Positions 54,604 through 64,000 of a stretch of 64,000 bases of DNA are shown here, one piece after another. A program made the translations under genes and the position numbers. Location: the NCBI GenBank assembly GCA_965263035.1, contig OZ253580.1:3616001-3680000 (forward strand), written 5' to 3'. Source of the stretch: Acidobacteriota bacterium. Its GTDB lineage: Bacteria; Acidobacteriota; UBA6911; RPQK01; JAJDTT01. The notes beneath the pieces were generated by a model that saw nothing but the letters and a program-made list of their open reading frames with translations, ran no database searches and was not told the origin of the DNA. Position 1 is the stretch's first letter; each line of letters begins with the position of its first letter.

Positions 54604-56790
54604 ATGTCAGCGGTTTCTGGAACAGCATCTCCGTCCCTGCCCCGCGTCACCTTAGATTCCCCCGAAGCCTATCTCAACCGGGAGTTGAGCTGGCTGGGCT
54701 TCGCCAGCCGCGTCGTCGCCCTGGTGGAGAACCGTGAACTTCCCCTCGTGGAGCGAGTCAAGTTCGCCGGGATCGCCGGCATGCTCCATGACGAGTTCTT
54801 CATGAAGCGGATCAGCGGACTGAAGCGCCAGATCCGAAATCGTTCCAAAAAGACCGCCATCGACGGCCGTTCACCCGAAGCCGTGTTCCGAGCTTGCCAG
54901 GCCGAACTGCGGAAGCAGTCCAGGAGGCTGGGACAGACGCTGTTGGAGGACCTGGGCCCGGCCCTGGCCGCCGACGGAGTGGGTATTGTCGATTACGATC
55001 AGTTGGAGGCCTCGCAGAGGCAGTATCTACGGGAATATTTCCAGGATTCGGTGATGCCGATCCTGACGCCGCTGGCCGTGGACCCGGAGCACCCCTTCCC
55101 CTTCATAAGCAACCTGGGACTCAATCTGGCGATTCTCTTCACCGATGACGATGGACGCGAGCGGTTCGTCCGCATCAAGGTGCCGGACAATCGGCCCCGG
55201 TGGGTTCCCCTCCCGGACCGTTCCGGCTTCACGCCTATGGAGCAGGTCATTGCCGGGAACATCGATCTTTTGTACCCGGAGATCCCTCCTCGGGGAATCT
55301 ACGCCTTCCGCGTGACCCGCGGCAGCTCGGGAGACCCGGAACGCTTCCGGGATCTGTTGGAGGACGAGTCCCACGCACCGGGCAGCATCATTCAGCAAGT
55401 GAGCAGCGAATTGAAGGCCAGACGCTTCGCAGGTGCGGTCCGGCTCCAGGTGAATCGGGACATGCCCGGGAAGCTCGCCGAATGGTTGGTCCGACAGTTG
55501 GAGATGGAGCCCGATGACATCTATCCCACAAGGCAGCTGCTCAGACTCAGCGACTTGTCCAAATTCAATCCGGGCGATCGCGAAGACCTCCGTTTCCCGC
55601 CTCATCGGCCCGTGACGCATCCCCGCCTGCGTCGCCTGGAATATGGCCACCCCGCAGCCATTTTCCCCGAGATCAGACGTGGTGACCTTCTGCTGCATCA
55701 TCCGTATCACAGCTTCGATTCATCGGTCCTGAGGTTCATCGAGGCTGCCGCCATCGATCCGGACGTCCTGGCCATCAAGCTGACCATCTACCGGACGAGC
55801 GGCGATTCTCCCATCGTCAAGGCGTTGGCCGAAGCCGCCCGGAGAGGCAAGCAGGTGGCGGTGCTGGTGGAGGTGACAGCTCGATTCGACGAGGCTCCCA
55901 ACATCGCCTGGGGGCAATATCTGGAAAATGAGGGCGTGCACGTAGCATATGGTGTGGAACGGCTCAAGACCCACGTCAAGCTGGCGCTGGTACTACGGGA
56001 GGAAGAGCAGGGAAGGATCCGTTACTACGCCCACGTGGGAACGGGAAACTACCATACCGGAACGGCGAAAGTGTATGAGGACGTGGGGATCCTGACCTCC
56101 GACCCGGAGATCTGCCGGGACATCGCGGCGGTCTTCAACGCGCTGACGGGAAAGACGCCGCACACCGGATACTCGCAGATGATCGTCGCCCCGGTGGCCA
56201 TGCGCAAACGGTTCAATCAACTCATCCGCCGCGAAGCCGAACACGCGGCCGCCGGCAGACCGTGCGGCATCCATGCCAAGATGAATCAGCTTCAGGACGC
56301 GGAGATCATTCGGGAGCTCTACCGGGCCGGCCAGGCCGGAGTCCCCATTTCCCTGAACGTTCGGGGCCTCTGCTGCCTCAGGCCGGGAGTCCCGGGGCTG
56401 TCCGAGAATATTCGGGTGTTCAGTGTCCTGGGGCGTTTTCTGGAGCACAGCCGGATCTACCGTTTCGTCAACGGCGGCGATATCGAGGTCTTCATCGGCT
56501 CTGCGGACTGGATGAAGCGGAACCTGAAGAAAAGGGTGGAGACCGTGGTGCCGGTTCGGGACCCGGCCTTGAAGCAGGAGTTGGACGAGATCCTGCAGGT
56601 CTATGAACGAGACAATGCTTCGGCCTGGGACTGCCAGCCGGACGGAAAGTACGTGGACCGGTCGCCTGAACCTGGACAGCCATCGCGAGCGGCCCAGGAA
56701 GTCTTCATCGAGCGGGCCGGCAGCAGATCGGATCTCCCCGGCCGTGAATCCGAGAATCGATCGAGGAGGATGACACCTGGGCGTTTCTGA
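54604..56790 (+). CDS. ppk1: Polyphosphate kinase 1
   Basis: YLNRELSWL.F, DEFFM.R, TPLAVDP.HPFPFISN, LLHHPY.SF, ARFDE..NI.W, LKTH.K, GTGNY, GRFLEHSRIY, GSADWM.RN. Confidence 0.97.
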   Translation: MSAVSGTASPSLPRVTLDSPEAYLNRELSWLGFASRVVALVENRELPLVERVKFAGIAGMLHDEFFMKRISGLKRQIRNRSKKTAIDGRSPEAVFRACQAELRKQSRRLGQTLLEDLGPALAADGVGIVDYDQLEASQRQYLREYFQDSVMPILTPLAVDPEHPFPFISNLGLNLAILFTDDDGRERFVRIKVPDNRPRWVPLPDRSGFTPMEQVIAGNIDLLYPEIPPRGIYAFRVTRGSSGDPERFRDLLEDESHAPGSIIQQVSSELKARRFAGAVRLQVNRDMPGKLAEWLVRQLEMEPDDIYPTRQLLRLSDLSKFNPGDREDLRFPPHRPVTHPRLRRLEYGHPAAIFPEIRRGDLLLHHPYHSFDSSVLRFIEAAAIDPDVLAIKLTIYRTSGDSPIVKALAEAARRGKQVAVLVEVTARFDEAPNIAWGQYLENEGVHVAYGVERLKTHVKLALVLREEEQGRIRYYAHVGTGNYHTGTAKVYEDVGILTSDPEICRDIAAVFNALTGKTPHTGYSQMIVAPVAMRKRFNQLIRREAEHAAAGRPCGIHAKMNQLQDAEIIRELYRAGQAGVPISLNVRGLCCLRPGVPGLSENIRVFSVLGRFLEHSRIYRFVNGGDIEVFIGSADWMKRNLKKRVETVVPVRDPALKQELDEILQVYERDNASAWDCQPDGKYVDRSPEPGQPSRAAQEVFIERAGSRSDLPGRESENRSRRMTPGRF

Positions 56791-56983
56791 TCCGGCCGCT
56801 CCGGATTCCGCCTCCCCTCCGCAGACACAAGAATCCACTGGGCACGATCCAGCCGCGAGCCGCCTGCACCTCCTCTTGTTGCAACATTGTCCTGATTTTC
56901 TTGGTATCCCCAGCTCAGCGTGACGAAGCGTACGGCATTCTGACGGAACCGGTTGCTACCCTCGGGAGGGTGGCAACGAGCCG

Positions 56984-57871
56984 TTGGATGCCATGACCAA
57001 TCTGCTGCTGAAGGATCGGCCGACCGGGGTCAACGAGTCGACCTGCCCATCACCATACGGCAGTCCAACTATTTCGCCAATGTGGTCCGTCGAATCGCAG
57101 CCGGAGACACGTCCCGCCGGTCCATCATTCGGCTGGAGGCCCATCTCGAGAGCGGGAGGGGAGAACAGTCGGGTCAGGATTCCGAGGGTTCGCCTCGGAC
57201 CGTTCGCCCGCCGCGTTCTCCTCAGCGATCCGAAGGCGGACAAGACTCTCCCCGACGGCCCGGACCGAAGTGATGCCGGACGTTTCTTTTGCCAAGTCGA
57301 CGGCCAACGGCGGCTGGCGTGTATCAGCTTCGGCTGCTGTTACGGCAAGCCTTTGGATCAGCTCGGACCGGCGGCCCGCCGGTTTTTCGAACACTTCCAC
57401 TTCGCCTTCACCGGAGAGATGAAGAAGATCGCCTACAGCTCGGGTCTGGACGGCGCCAAGGTGGGTCCGGTGCAAGCCTTGAGCGCCCTGGTCCTGGTCT
57501 TGTCCGGTCTGGTGGGATCGTTTCTCTTCCTGAACTCCCGCTACGGCGCCGCGGTGCTGGTCACGGCCCTGGTTTCCCAGCTCTGGCGAGCCTACTCGGA
57601 AGGCCTCCGGGCCGATTACCGAGGAGACCATCGGGTCTCCGCCTATCGGATTCCGAGCCTGGCGGCGGCAGCCTGCGCCGCCGGCATGCTGATGGTCCTG
57701 CCCGGCTCCCCCCAGATTCGTTCCCAGTTGAATCTGGGACTGGAGTTACTCTGGGATCCGAAGGTTCTGCTGCTGCTCCAGGCACTCTGGCTCTTCGTCT
57801 TCTTCCGGCTGGGGCGCAGCATGGTCACCCGGTCCACCCTGGTCATGTCGGTTCGGAAAGACCGGGTGTGA
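56984..57871 (+). pseudogene. Lgt (prolipoprotein diacylglyceryl transferase)-like membrane protein, N-terminal half missing
   Basis: Recognisable only from about 57311 (RLACISFGCCYGKPL, P.Q, WR..SE.LR.D and 4 TMs). The upstream part is hydrophilic and not Lgt-like. Confidence 0.55.
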
Positions 57872-58193
57872 CGAGCCGTTCGGAACCGGGACCGACGAGG
57901 GAAACGCGGGAGGACGCGGAAGCCTCTCCTCCTTTGCGGTCATCGCTGGGTCATTGGACCATTCACTATTGATAGAGAAAATTAGTCCATTTTTCTCCAT
58001 GGATAGTAAAAATCCGGGACACTGGCCCGAATTTCTGGTTTCGCCTGTCCCGGGTGAGCAATGCGGACCCGCCGCCGAGCGGCGACCCGGGAATCAATGC
58101 GGGTGCCGTGGACGATTTTTCCACGGATTTTTACCCAAACTTCACCCAATTGGAGGCTTCGCTTCGGCCCTCGCTGATAAGGTATCTGACGGG

Positions 58194-59438
58194 ATGAGTT
58201 CACCATATCGGAGGCCTCACTCCAGCTCCGTATCGCCTTCCGGCACGCCGGTCGCCGGCTCCAAGCCCGTGGTGCCGGGCAGATCCGGCCCGTTGCCGAG
58301 AACGGCCATATTCACCGACACCCTGGACCAGGTGAACGGCGTGTCCAACACGTACCAGTACCTGGCGGCCTACTGCCGGCGGCGAAAGATCGACCTGGAC
58401 TTCTTCACCTATGGTTCGCGGACGTCCCTGGAAAAGCAGGGTTCGGTCCGGATCTTTCGCTACCGGCCCCGGCTCCCCATGCGCTATTACGCCGGCCTGG
58501 TCTTCGATCTTTGGACTCCACGAGGGAATCTCCAGGAAGATTGCCGCCAGGGCGGATACGACCTGATCCACGCCGCGACCCCAGGGTCCATGGGCCTCAA
58601 CGCGCTGGCCGCCGCCGACAAGCTGGGACTTCCCCTGGTGGGCGTGTACCACACGGCTCTGCCCGAGTATGTCGGAACCCGAAGACGGAGTCTCATGGCG
58701 AGGCTGGGGCTTCCCTCCGATCTCCTGGAGCAGTCCACGTTGGAGGGTTGCTGGAAGTTCGTCGAGTGGTACTACCGGCATTGCGAGAAGGTCCTGGCTC
58801 CGTCCCGCAGCATCGCCCGAACCCTGGGAAGGAGGATCCGCGTCCCCATGGACTGCTTCTCCCGGGGCGTCGACACGCGGAGATTCAGTCCGGAGCATCG
58901 CCGGGAGTCCTCCCGGACCACGGTCCTGTACGTGGGCCGCGTATCGGTGGAGAAGAACCTTCGGTTGCTGGCGCGGATCTTTCGACGGCACGGGGACGCC
59001 TGCCTGCAGGTGGTGGGAGACGGACCCTTTCGCAGCCGCATGGAGCGGGAAGCGCCGTCCGCGAACTTCACCGGATTCCTGACGGGACTCGAACTGAGCC
59101 GGGCCTACGCGTCGGCGGACCTGTTCGCTTTTCCTTCGGAGACGGACACCTTCGGCAACGTGGTCCTGGAGGCCATGAGTTCGGGCCTGCCCGTCGTCGT
59201 CACCGACAAGATGGGTCCCAAGGAACTGGTCGAACACGGCTCCAACGGGTTCGTCGCGTCCAATGACCAGGAGTTCGAGCTCTACCTGAATCGATTGATC
59301 CAGGACGAGGCGCTGCGAAGGGACATGGGTGCCCGATCCCGGGAGATGGCGCTGGAGCGAACCTGGGACGCGGTCTTCGGATCGCTGTTCGACTGCTACA
59401 GGGAAGTCGTCCAGGGGCATCGCGAACGAGTGGCGTAG
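58194..59438 (+). CDS. Glycosyltransferase family 4 (GT-B, glycolipid-synthase-like)
   Basis: AIFTDT..QVNGVS.T, IHAATPG.MG, YHT..PEY, RGVD...FSP, YVGRVS.EKN, VGDGP, FPS.TDTFGNVVLEAMSSG. Confidence 0.93.
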   Translation: MSSPYRRPHSSSVSPSGTPVAGSKPVVPGRSGPLPRTAIFTDTLDQVNGVSNTYQYLAAYCRRRKIDLDFFTYGSRTSLEKQGSVRIFRYRPRLPMRYYAGLVFDLWTPRGNLQEDCRQGGYDLIHAATPGSMGLNALAAADKLGLPLVGVYHTALPEYVGTRRRSLMARLGLPSDLLEQSTLEGCWKFVEWYYRHCEKVLAPSRSIARTLGRRIRVPMDCFSRGVDTRRFSPEHRRESSRTTVLYVGRVSVEKNLRLLARIFRRHGDACLQVVGDGPFRSRMEREAPSANFTGFLTGLELSRAYASADLFAFPSETDTFGNVVLEAMSSGLPVVVTDKMGPKELVEHGSNGFVASNDQEFELYLNRLIQDEALRRDMGARSREMALERTWDAVFGSLFDCYREVVQGHRERVA

Positions 59439-59481
59439 TCGCCGAATTTACACCGAATCCAAGACAGATCGGAGGTGTGGA

Positions 59482-60678
59482 GTGAGACCATCACTGGGGA
59501 CAGGTTCGACCGGAGGAGCCTCCGGCTATGGGAGGCGCATGATCTCTCCGCGGCGGGCCCGCCGGCTCATGGCGCAAGGATGGAAGGCCGCAGACCTGCA
59601 CGTCCACACACGTTTTTCGTATGACGTCATCGCCGACACCTCCGTCGACCCGAGATTCCTCTACCAGAAGGCGAGGGATGCGGGAATGTCGTTCGTGACC
59701 TTCACCGATCATGACACGATGGCGGCTTACGACTGCATCGGCTGGGAACGGCCTGCTCTGGTGCCGGGGGTGGAGGTCAAGATCCTGGACCGGGACCGGG
59801 TCGGACACACCATCCACATCAACGTCTACCTGTTGGACCACCGCCAATTCCGGGAGATCGAACGGATCGCCCGGCAGGCGCAGGATCTGGAACTGCTGTT
59901 GACCTATCTGAACGACAATGATCTTCCCTATACCTGCAATCACCCGTTCTGGTTCGAGTTCGGCGAACAGCCGAACCTCAAGATGGTGCCCTAGGAGCCT
60001 GCGCCGCAGAAATTGATCTACTGCGAAAGCGGTAGAATCGGTCCATATTTCCCCGATTTCTCGGCGAATAGAACAACTATGCACCTCAAAATCGAGAAAA
60101 TCCGGCCTCGATTCCCCACTTTCTCGCTACGATCATTTCTACCGCGCAGACTCCCAGCTCTTCGAACACTTTCCCGTCGTCGAATACAACATGCACCGGG
60201 TCCGGAGAATGAACCGCCTCACTCTGGAATTGGCCGAGAGGTACGGGGTGGGCATGGTGTCGGCGACCGACACCATACCGGACAGGTCGCCCGAGCCTAC
60301 ACCCTGGCTCAGGGTGACACCTTCCGGGAGTACTTCGAGAACATCAAGGCCGGGAACTTCTATCTGGTGGCCCGGGATCTGGCCGCCGAGATGCTCACTT
60401 CGGAGACATTGGCCTGGCTGGACGCCGCCTTCTGGAACTCGGGACACGATTTCGGAATGGGCAAGCGGTTGATCACCGGGATCGGCCGGATAGACCAGGG
60501 AGTGAGGGTGGTCCTGCGAGGCGAGCTCAAGCATCGGCCCCGTTTGCGAACCTTGATCTGGGGTCGGATCCACCTGGTGTCCTTCACCCGGATTCCGGCG
60601 TTCGTCTACGTTTCGACCCAACGGGCCGCCGGCCGCAGGGTGGTCCGCGAGATGCGCCTGGCAGGAGCGATTACTTGA
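59482..60678 (+). pseudogene. PHP-domain protein disrupted by a MITE and a 1-bp frameshift
   Basis: DLHVHTRFS, TFTDHDT, GVE, NHPFW. After the insertion it resumes QLFEHFPVVEYNMHR; the terminal D-x-H motif (ATDTHTG) is broken by one missing C near 60273. Confidence 0.85.
59995..60153. mobile_element. MITE family B (159 bp)
   Basis: TIRs GAGCCTGCGCCGCAGAAATTGATC ... GATCATTTCTACCGCGCAGACTC; flanks CTAG / CCAG. Removing it (keeping CCAG) restores the PHP reading frame. Confidence 0.85.
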
Positions 60679-60929
60679 CCGTCTGGCCGCTGCTGGCTTT
60701 GGTGTCGGGTCTTCTCGCCGAGCCGGACGCGAGACGGAACGCCGGAGTTCCGGTCCGGATCGTCGACCATCCCAGGTGGTGGCTCAAGGTCGAGCTCACG
60801 CTCGATCTGTCCCGGCTCGATGCCGAGCCCGGCCCTGCCGCCAAGCGGTTGACGCTCCCGGTGAAGGTCCCGGAAAACTCCGCAAGGACGCGGCTTCACG
60901 CGGGACAGGCTTCGGTCCGCGGCAATTGA
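60675..60929 (+). CDS. Short hypothetical ORF with a signal-like N-terminus (possible gene remnant)
   Basis: TTGA overlap with the PHP stop; hydrophobic start; no family recognised. Confidence 0.3.
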   Translation: MTVWPLLALVSGLLAEPDARRNAGVPVRIVDHPRWWLKVELTLDLSRLDAEPGPAAKRLTLPVKVPENSARTRLHAGQASVRGN

Positions 60930-60939
60930 CCAACTCCGG

Positions 60940-62298
60940 TTACACGTCTGAGAGGAGTTCCACTCGGCCCGTGCTGTCGCCGATGCGCTCGACCGGCACT
61001 CCCAGTTGGCTCAGCACCGTCAGATAGAGGTTGGTCAGCGGAGTCCCCTCCTCGAACCGAAGGTGGCGGCCTCCGCTGAGCCGCCCCGCGCCTCCGCCGG
61101 CCACGAGTACAGGCAGGTTGCGGGGAGTGTGCAGGTCGCTGTCGCTCATGCCGCTTCCGTAGAGGAGGGTCACCTGGTCCAGCAGCGAACCGTCCCCCTC
61201 GGGGGTGGATCGCAGCTGCTCCAGGAAATAGGCGAACATCCGCATGTGGAGAACGCTGACTCGAGTCAGTTTTTCCAGCTTTTCCGGATCGTTCTGATGA
61301 TGGGAGAGGGGGTGGTGCGGATCCGGGACTCCGATCTCGGGATAGGTCCGCTGGCTCAGCTCCCGTCCCAGCATGAAGGTGATGACGCGGGTGAGGTCCG
61401 ACTGGTAGGCCAGGACCTGCAGGTCGATCATCAGCTTGGCGTGCTCTTCGAAGCTGCCGGGGATCCCGGCGGGACGCTCCAGCACCGTCGCCTGCCTGCC
61501 GGCTTGGGTCTCCGCGATCTGGATTCTCCGCTCCACGTCCCGGACCGCGTCCAGGTATTCGACCAGCTTGCTGCTGTCGCCGGCGCCGATCCGCCTTTGC
61601 AGCCGGGCCGCTTTCCGGGTGACCGAGTCGAGAATGCTCCGTTTCGTCCGGATCCGATGGAGCCGCTCGGCCGGATCGGTGCTCTCGTGGTCGCCGAAGA
61701 GGCGTTCGAAAACCGCCCGCGGGTTGTTCTCCGTGGGCAGGGGAGTGGTGGAGTTCCGCCAGGAGAGCGTGTTGATGTAGGAACAGCTGTAGCCGACGTC
61801 GCAGGCTCCCGCCAGATCGGTCGCCTCCAGTCCCAATTCCAGTGACGCCAGTTGGGTGTGCCGCCCGTACTGGCCGGCCGCGATCTGGTCGAACGAGACT
61901 CCGGCTTCGACCCCGGCCCCTTCCGTCGGCTTCACGTGCACGCCGGTCAGAAACGCGCCCCCGATCCGTCCATGTCCGCCGGCAGGTTCGCCGGGCAGCG
62001 CCACCGCCGGCTCGTTGCTGAGCCCGGTCAGGACCAGAATGCGGTCCTTGAACGGAGTCAACGGTTCCAGGATGGGGGTGAATTCGAACTCGGCCCCCTG
62101 GGCTGTGGGGGTCCAACTCTCCATCACGGCGCCATGAGGCACATAGACCACTCCCAGACGGTCAGCCGGTGGACTCGTCCCGGCATGGCCAGAGGTCAGG
62201 GCCGGCACCATACTGTCCAACAGGGGCAGTCCGATGGCGGCGCCCAGGCCGCGGAGGAACGACCTGCGGGGCAGCGAGATCTTGCGGATGATCCTCAT
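60940..62298 (-). CDS. DUF1552 domain protein
   Basis: RRSFLRG.GA..GLP.LDSM, SFDQIAA, SLELG, C..GYSC.Y...LSW, NPR.VFERLFG, D.TRV.TFM, HH.LSHH, EGDGSLLD. Confidence 0.92.
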   Translation of the reverse strand: MRIIRKISLPRRSFLRGLGAAIGLPLLDSMVPALTSGHAGTSPPADRLGVVYVPHGAVMESWTPTAQGAEFEFTPILEPLTPFKDRILVLTGLSNEPAVALPGEPAGGHGRIGGAFLTGVHVKPTEGAGVEAGVSFDQIAAGQYGRHTQLASLELGLEATDLAGACDVGYSCSYINTLSWRNSTTPLPTENNPRAVFERLFGDHESTDPAERLHRIRTKRSILDSVTRKAARLQRRIGAGDSSKLVEYLDAVRDVERRIQIAETQAGRQATVLERPAGIPGSFEEHAKLMIDLQVLAYQSDLTRVITFMLGRELSQRTYPEIGVPDPHHPLSHHQNDPEKLEKLTRVSVLHMRMFAYFLEQLRSTPEGDGSLLDQVTLLYGSGMSDSDLHTPRNLPVLVAGGGAGRLSGGRHLRFEEGTPLTNLYLTVLSQLGVPVERIGDSTGRVELLSDV

Positions 62299-64000
62299 GG
62301 ACCGGACCTCTTCATGCGAAACGGCCGACTCTTGACGATGCCCAGGATCAGCGCCGACCAGCGGTAGTTGGACGGCGCCGCTTTCCTCATGATCTCACGG
62401 ACGGCCGGCATGTCATAGGGTTCGATCCCGCGGCCCACGGCATAGGTCAGGAGCTTGCCGGTGAGAGTCTCGATGAATTCCCGACGGCGATTAAGGATCA
62501 GACTCCTGAGATCGGCGGGACCTTGAACCCTGGTCCCGTCGGGCAGCGTCGCCAGGGAATCGATGGGAAGATCGCCGTGGTCGCGGTCACGCCACCTGCC
62601 GATGGCGTCGAAATTCTCCAGCGCGAAACCGAGGGGATCCATCAGGCGGTGACAGCTCGAGCAAGCCGGATTTCCGGAGTGCTGCTCCATCAGCTCCCGG
62701 GTCGAGGTGGCACGCTTCTGCTCGCCGTGCTCCGGCAACTCGGGCACGTCGGCCGGCGGAGGAGGCACCCGGGTTCCCAGAATGTTTTCCAGCAGCCACT
62801 TGCCCCTCAGCACCGGCGAGGTGCGGGTGGCGTACGAAGTGACGGTCAGGATGCTGCCCTGGCCCAACAGGCCCCGGCGCCGCTCATCTTGCAGGTTCAC
62901 CCTTCGAAATCGGTTCCCATAGACTCGGGGAATTCCGTAGTGCCGGGCCAGACGTTGATTGACAAAGGTGTAATCGGCTTCCAGCAGATCGGTCACGCTC
63001 CGATCGAGTCGCAGTTGGCTCTCCAGAAACAGCTCCGTCTCCTGCCGGAGCGCCTCCCGAAGATTGTCGTCCCATTCCGGATACCGGTTCTCGTCCGGGG
63101 TCACGGCCCGGAGGTTCCGGAGATGCAGCCACTGGGTTGCGAAGTTCGTCACCAGGGCCTTGGACCGGCTGTCGGCGAGCATCCGCCTGACTTGGACTTC
63201 AAGATCGTCGGGATCGCTCAACCTCCCACCGGCCGCGGCCACCAGCAACTCCTCGTCGGGGACGCTGCTCCAGAGGAAGAAGGACAGGCGGGAAGCCAGA
63301 TCCAGGCCGCTGAGGTTGAAGGCGGTCGCCGGTGCCACCGTCGCCGGGTCGCGCTCGACCCGGAACAGGAACTCCGGATCGACCAGGATCCTTTCCAGCG
63401 CCGCCCGGATGCCGGCGTCGAAGCCGCCTCGGCTTCGACCCTCCCGGTAGAACTCGAGCAAGGGTTCGACGTCGTCATTCGTCACCGGCCGCCGGTAGGC
63501 GCGGCGGGCCAGGTTGGCCAGGATCCGCCGGGCGCAGTCCAACTCGTCGGCGTCTCGCCCGGGGAGCGGACGGCAGATGAAGATTCGCCGGCGACTGGGA
63601 GTGTCGCCGGGCCCCTGGACCCGAAAGGGGCCGTCGATCCGGAGGCTGCGCACGCCCCGATCGGAATAGCCGCCTCGGAGACTGCCGACGGGCAGCCGCG
63701 CCGGGCCCAATCCCTCGGGCGCCGGCGCTCTTTGGAGGAACGAAACCGCCACCGTCCGGGTCCCCGCCTCGGCCGGAAAACGGACGGTGGGATCCGGCGC
63801 CGCCGGCCGTCCGTACGATGAGTTCCGGTCTTGGCCTTCCAGGCGAATGAGTCGAAGCCGCTTCCCGTCCAAACGGACGCCCAGTTGCCGGGGTTGGCCG
63901 GTTCGGCGCCGTTGGAGGGAGATCGTCAGAACGTACTCGCCGTCGAGCGGGAAATGATGGCGAATTGCCAATCCTCCCCCGGAACCGAACGGAAGCTCTT
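62295..64000 (-). CDS. DUF1592/1588/1585/1595 (PSD-type) multidomain protein, 5' end outside the window
   Basis: TPSRRRIF.C.P, ARRAYRRP, LVDPEFLFR.E, LASRLSFFLWSS.PD.EL, NFA.QWL.LR, RTSPVLRGKWLLEN.LG, C..CH..MDPLGF.LENFD..G.WR. Confidence 0.92.
   Translation of the reverse strand, partial: ELPFGSGGGLAIRHHFPLDGEYVLTISLQRRRTGQPRQLGVRLDGKRLRLIRLEGQDRNSSYGRPAAPDPTVRFPAEAGTRTVAVSFLQRAPAPEGLGPARLPVGSLRGGYSDRGVRSLRIDGPFRVQGPGDTPSRRRIFICRPLPGRDADELDCARRILANLARRAYRRPVTNDDVEPLLEFYREGRSRGGFDAGIRAALERILVDPEFLFRVERDPATVAPATAFNLSGLDLASRLSFFLWSSVPDEELLVAAAGGRLSDPDDLEVQVRRMLADSRSKALVTNFATQWLHLRNLRAVTPDENRYPEWDDNLREALRQETELFLESQLRLDRSVTDLLEADYTFVNQRLARHYGIPRVYGNRFRRVNLQDERRRGLLGQGSILTVTSYATRTSPVLRGKWLLENILGTRVPPPPADVPELPEHGEQKRATSTRELMEQHSGNPACSSCHRLMDPLGFALENFDAIGRWRDRDHGDLPIDSLATLPDGTRVQGPADLRSLILNRRREFIETLTGKLLTYAVGRGIEPYDMPAVREIMRKAAPSNYRWSALILGIVKSRPFRMKRSGP

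Noticed and set aside
57955-58150. AT-richer stretch weakly resembling MITE B internal motifs (GTCCAT.TTTC, AAAATCCGG)
   Set aside because: No TIRs or target duplication found and the similarity is too short; it may simply be the GT4 promoter region.
1-64000. tRNA, rRNA, integron attC arrays, prophage or anti-phage defence genes
   Set aside because: No recognisable signatures on reading; covariance-model and HMM scans were not possible.

Overview
High-GC bacterial chromosomal window. The gene content (DUF1592/DUF1552 pair, PadR plus permease-prefix protein, several secreted beta-propeller hydrolases, a sulfatase) suggests an Acidobacteriota-like organism; this is inference. I saw no rRNA, tRNA or CRISPR array. 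1-23.8 kb: a Gfo/Idh/MocA oxidoreductase, secreted beta-propeller, PHP and GHL10-like hydrolases, an RND pump, an mddA-ltaE pair, a sulfatase, a PadR module with a 36-bp operator-like palindrome, and an FG-GAP lipoprotein. 24.2-49.2 kb is one co-directional block. It holds two partner-switching modules (STAS / REC-PP2C / RsbW; the second has lost its phosphatase) that bracket hpnCDE and an MMPL / LolA-like / outer-membrane-barrel trio. Next come an orphan solute-binding protein coupled to a TorS-like kinase, and a circularly permuted ATP-grasp / ammonium transporter / alpha-E / transglutaminase operon. The amt gene is split by a 1,782-bp IS3 element with a 3-bp target duplication. CocE, hydantoinase and porin genes close the block. 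49.2-64 kb: an aldolase, an acetamidase, a polyphosphate cluster (sixA, CHAD, ppx, ppk1), a decaying Lgt-like / GT4 / PHP cluster, and DUF1552/DUF1592. Two MITE families (about 160 bp, 4-bp target duplications) and many deletion scars point to ongoing gene decay. All family calls come from motif recognition by eye; no database search was run.
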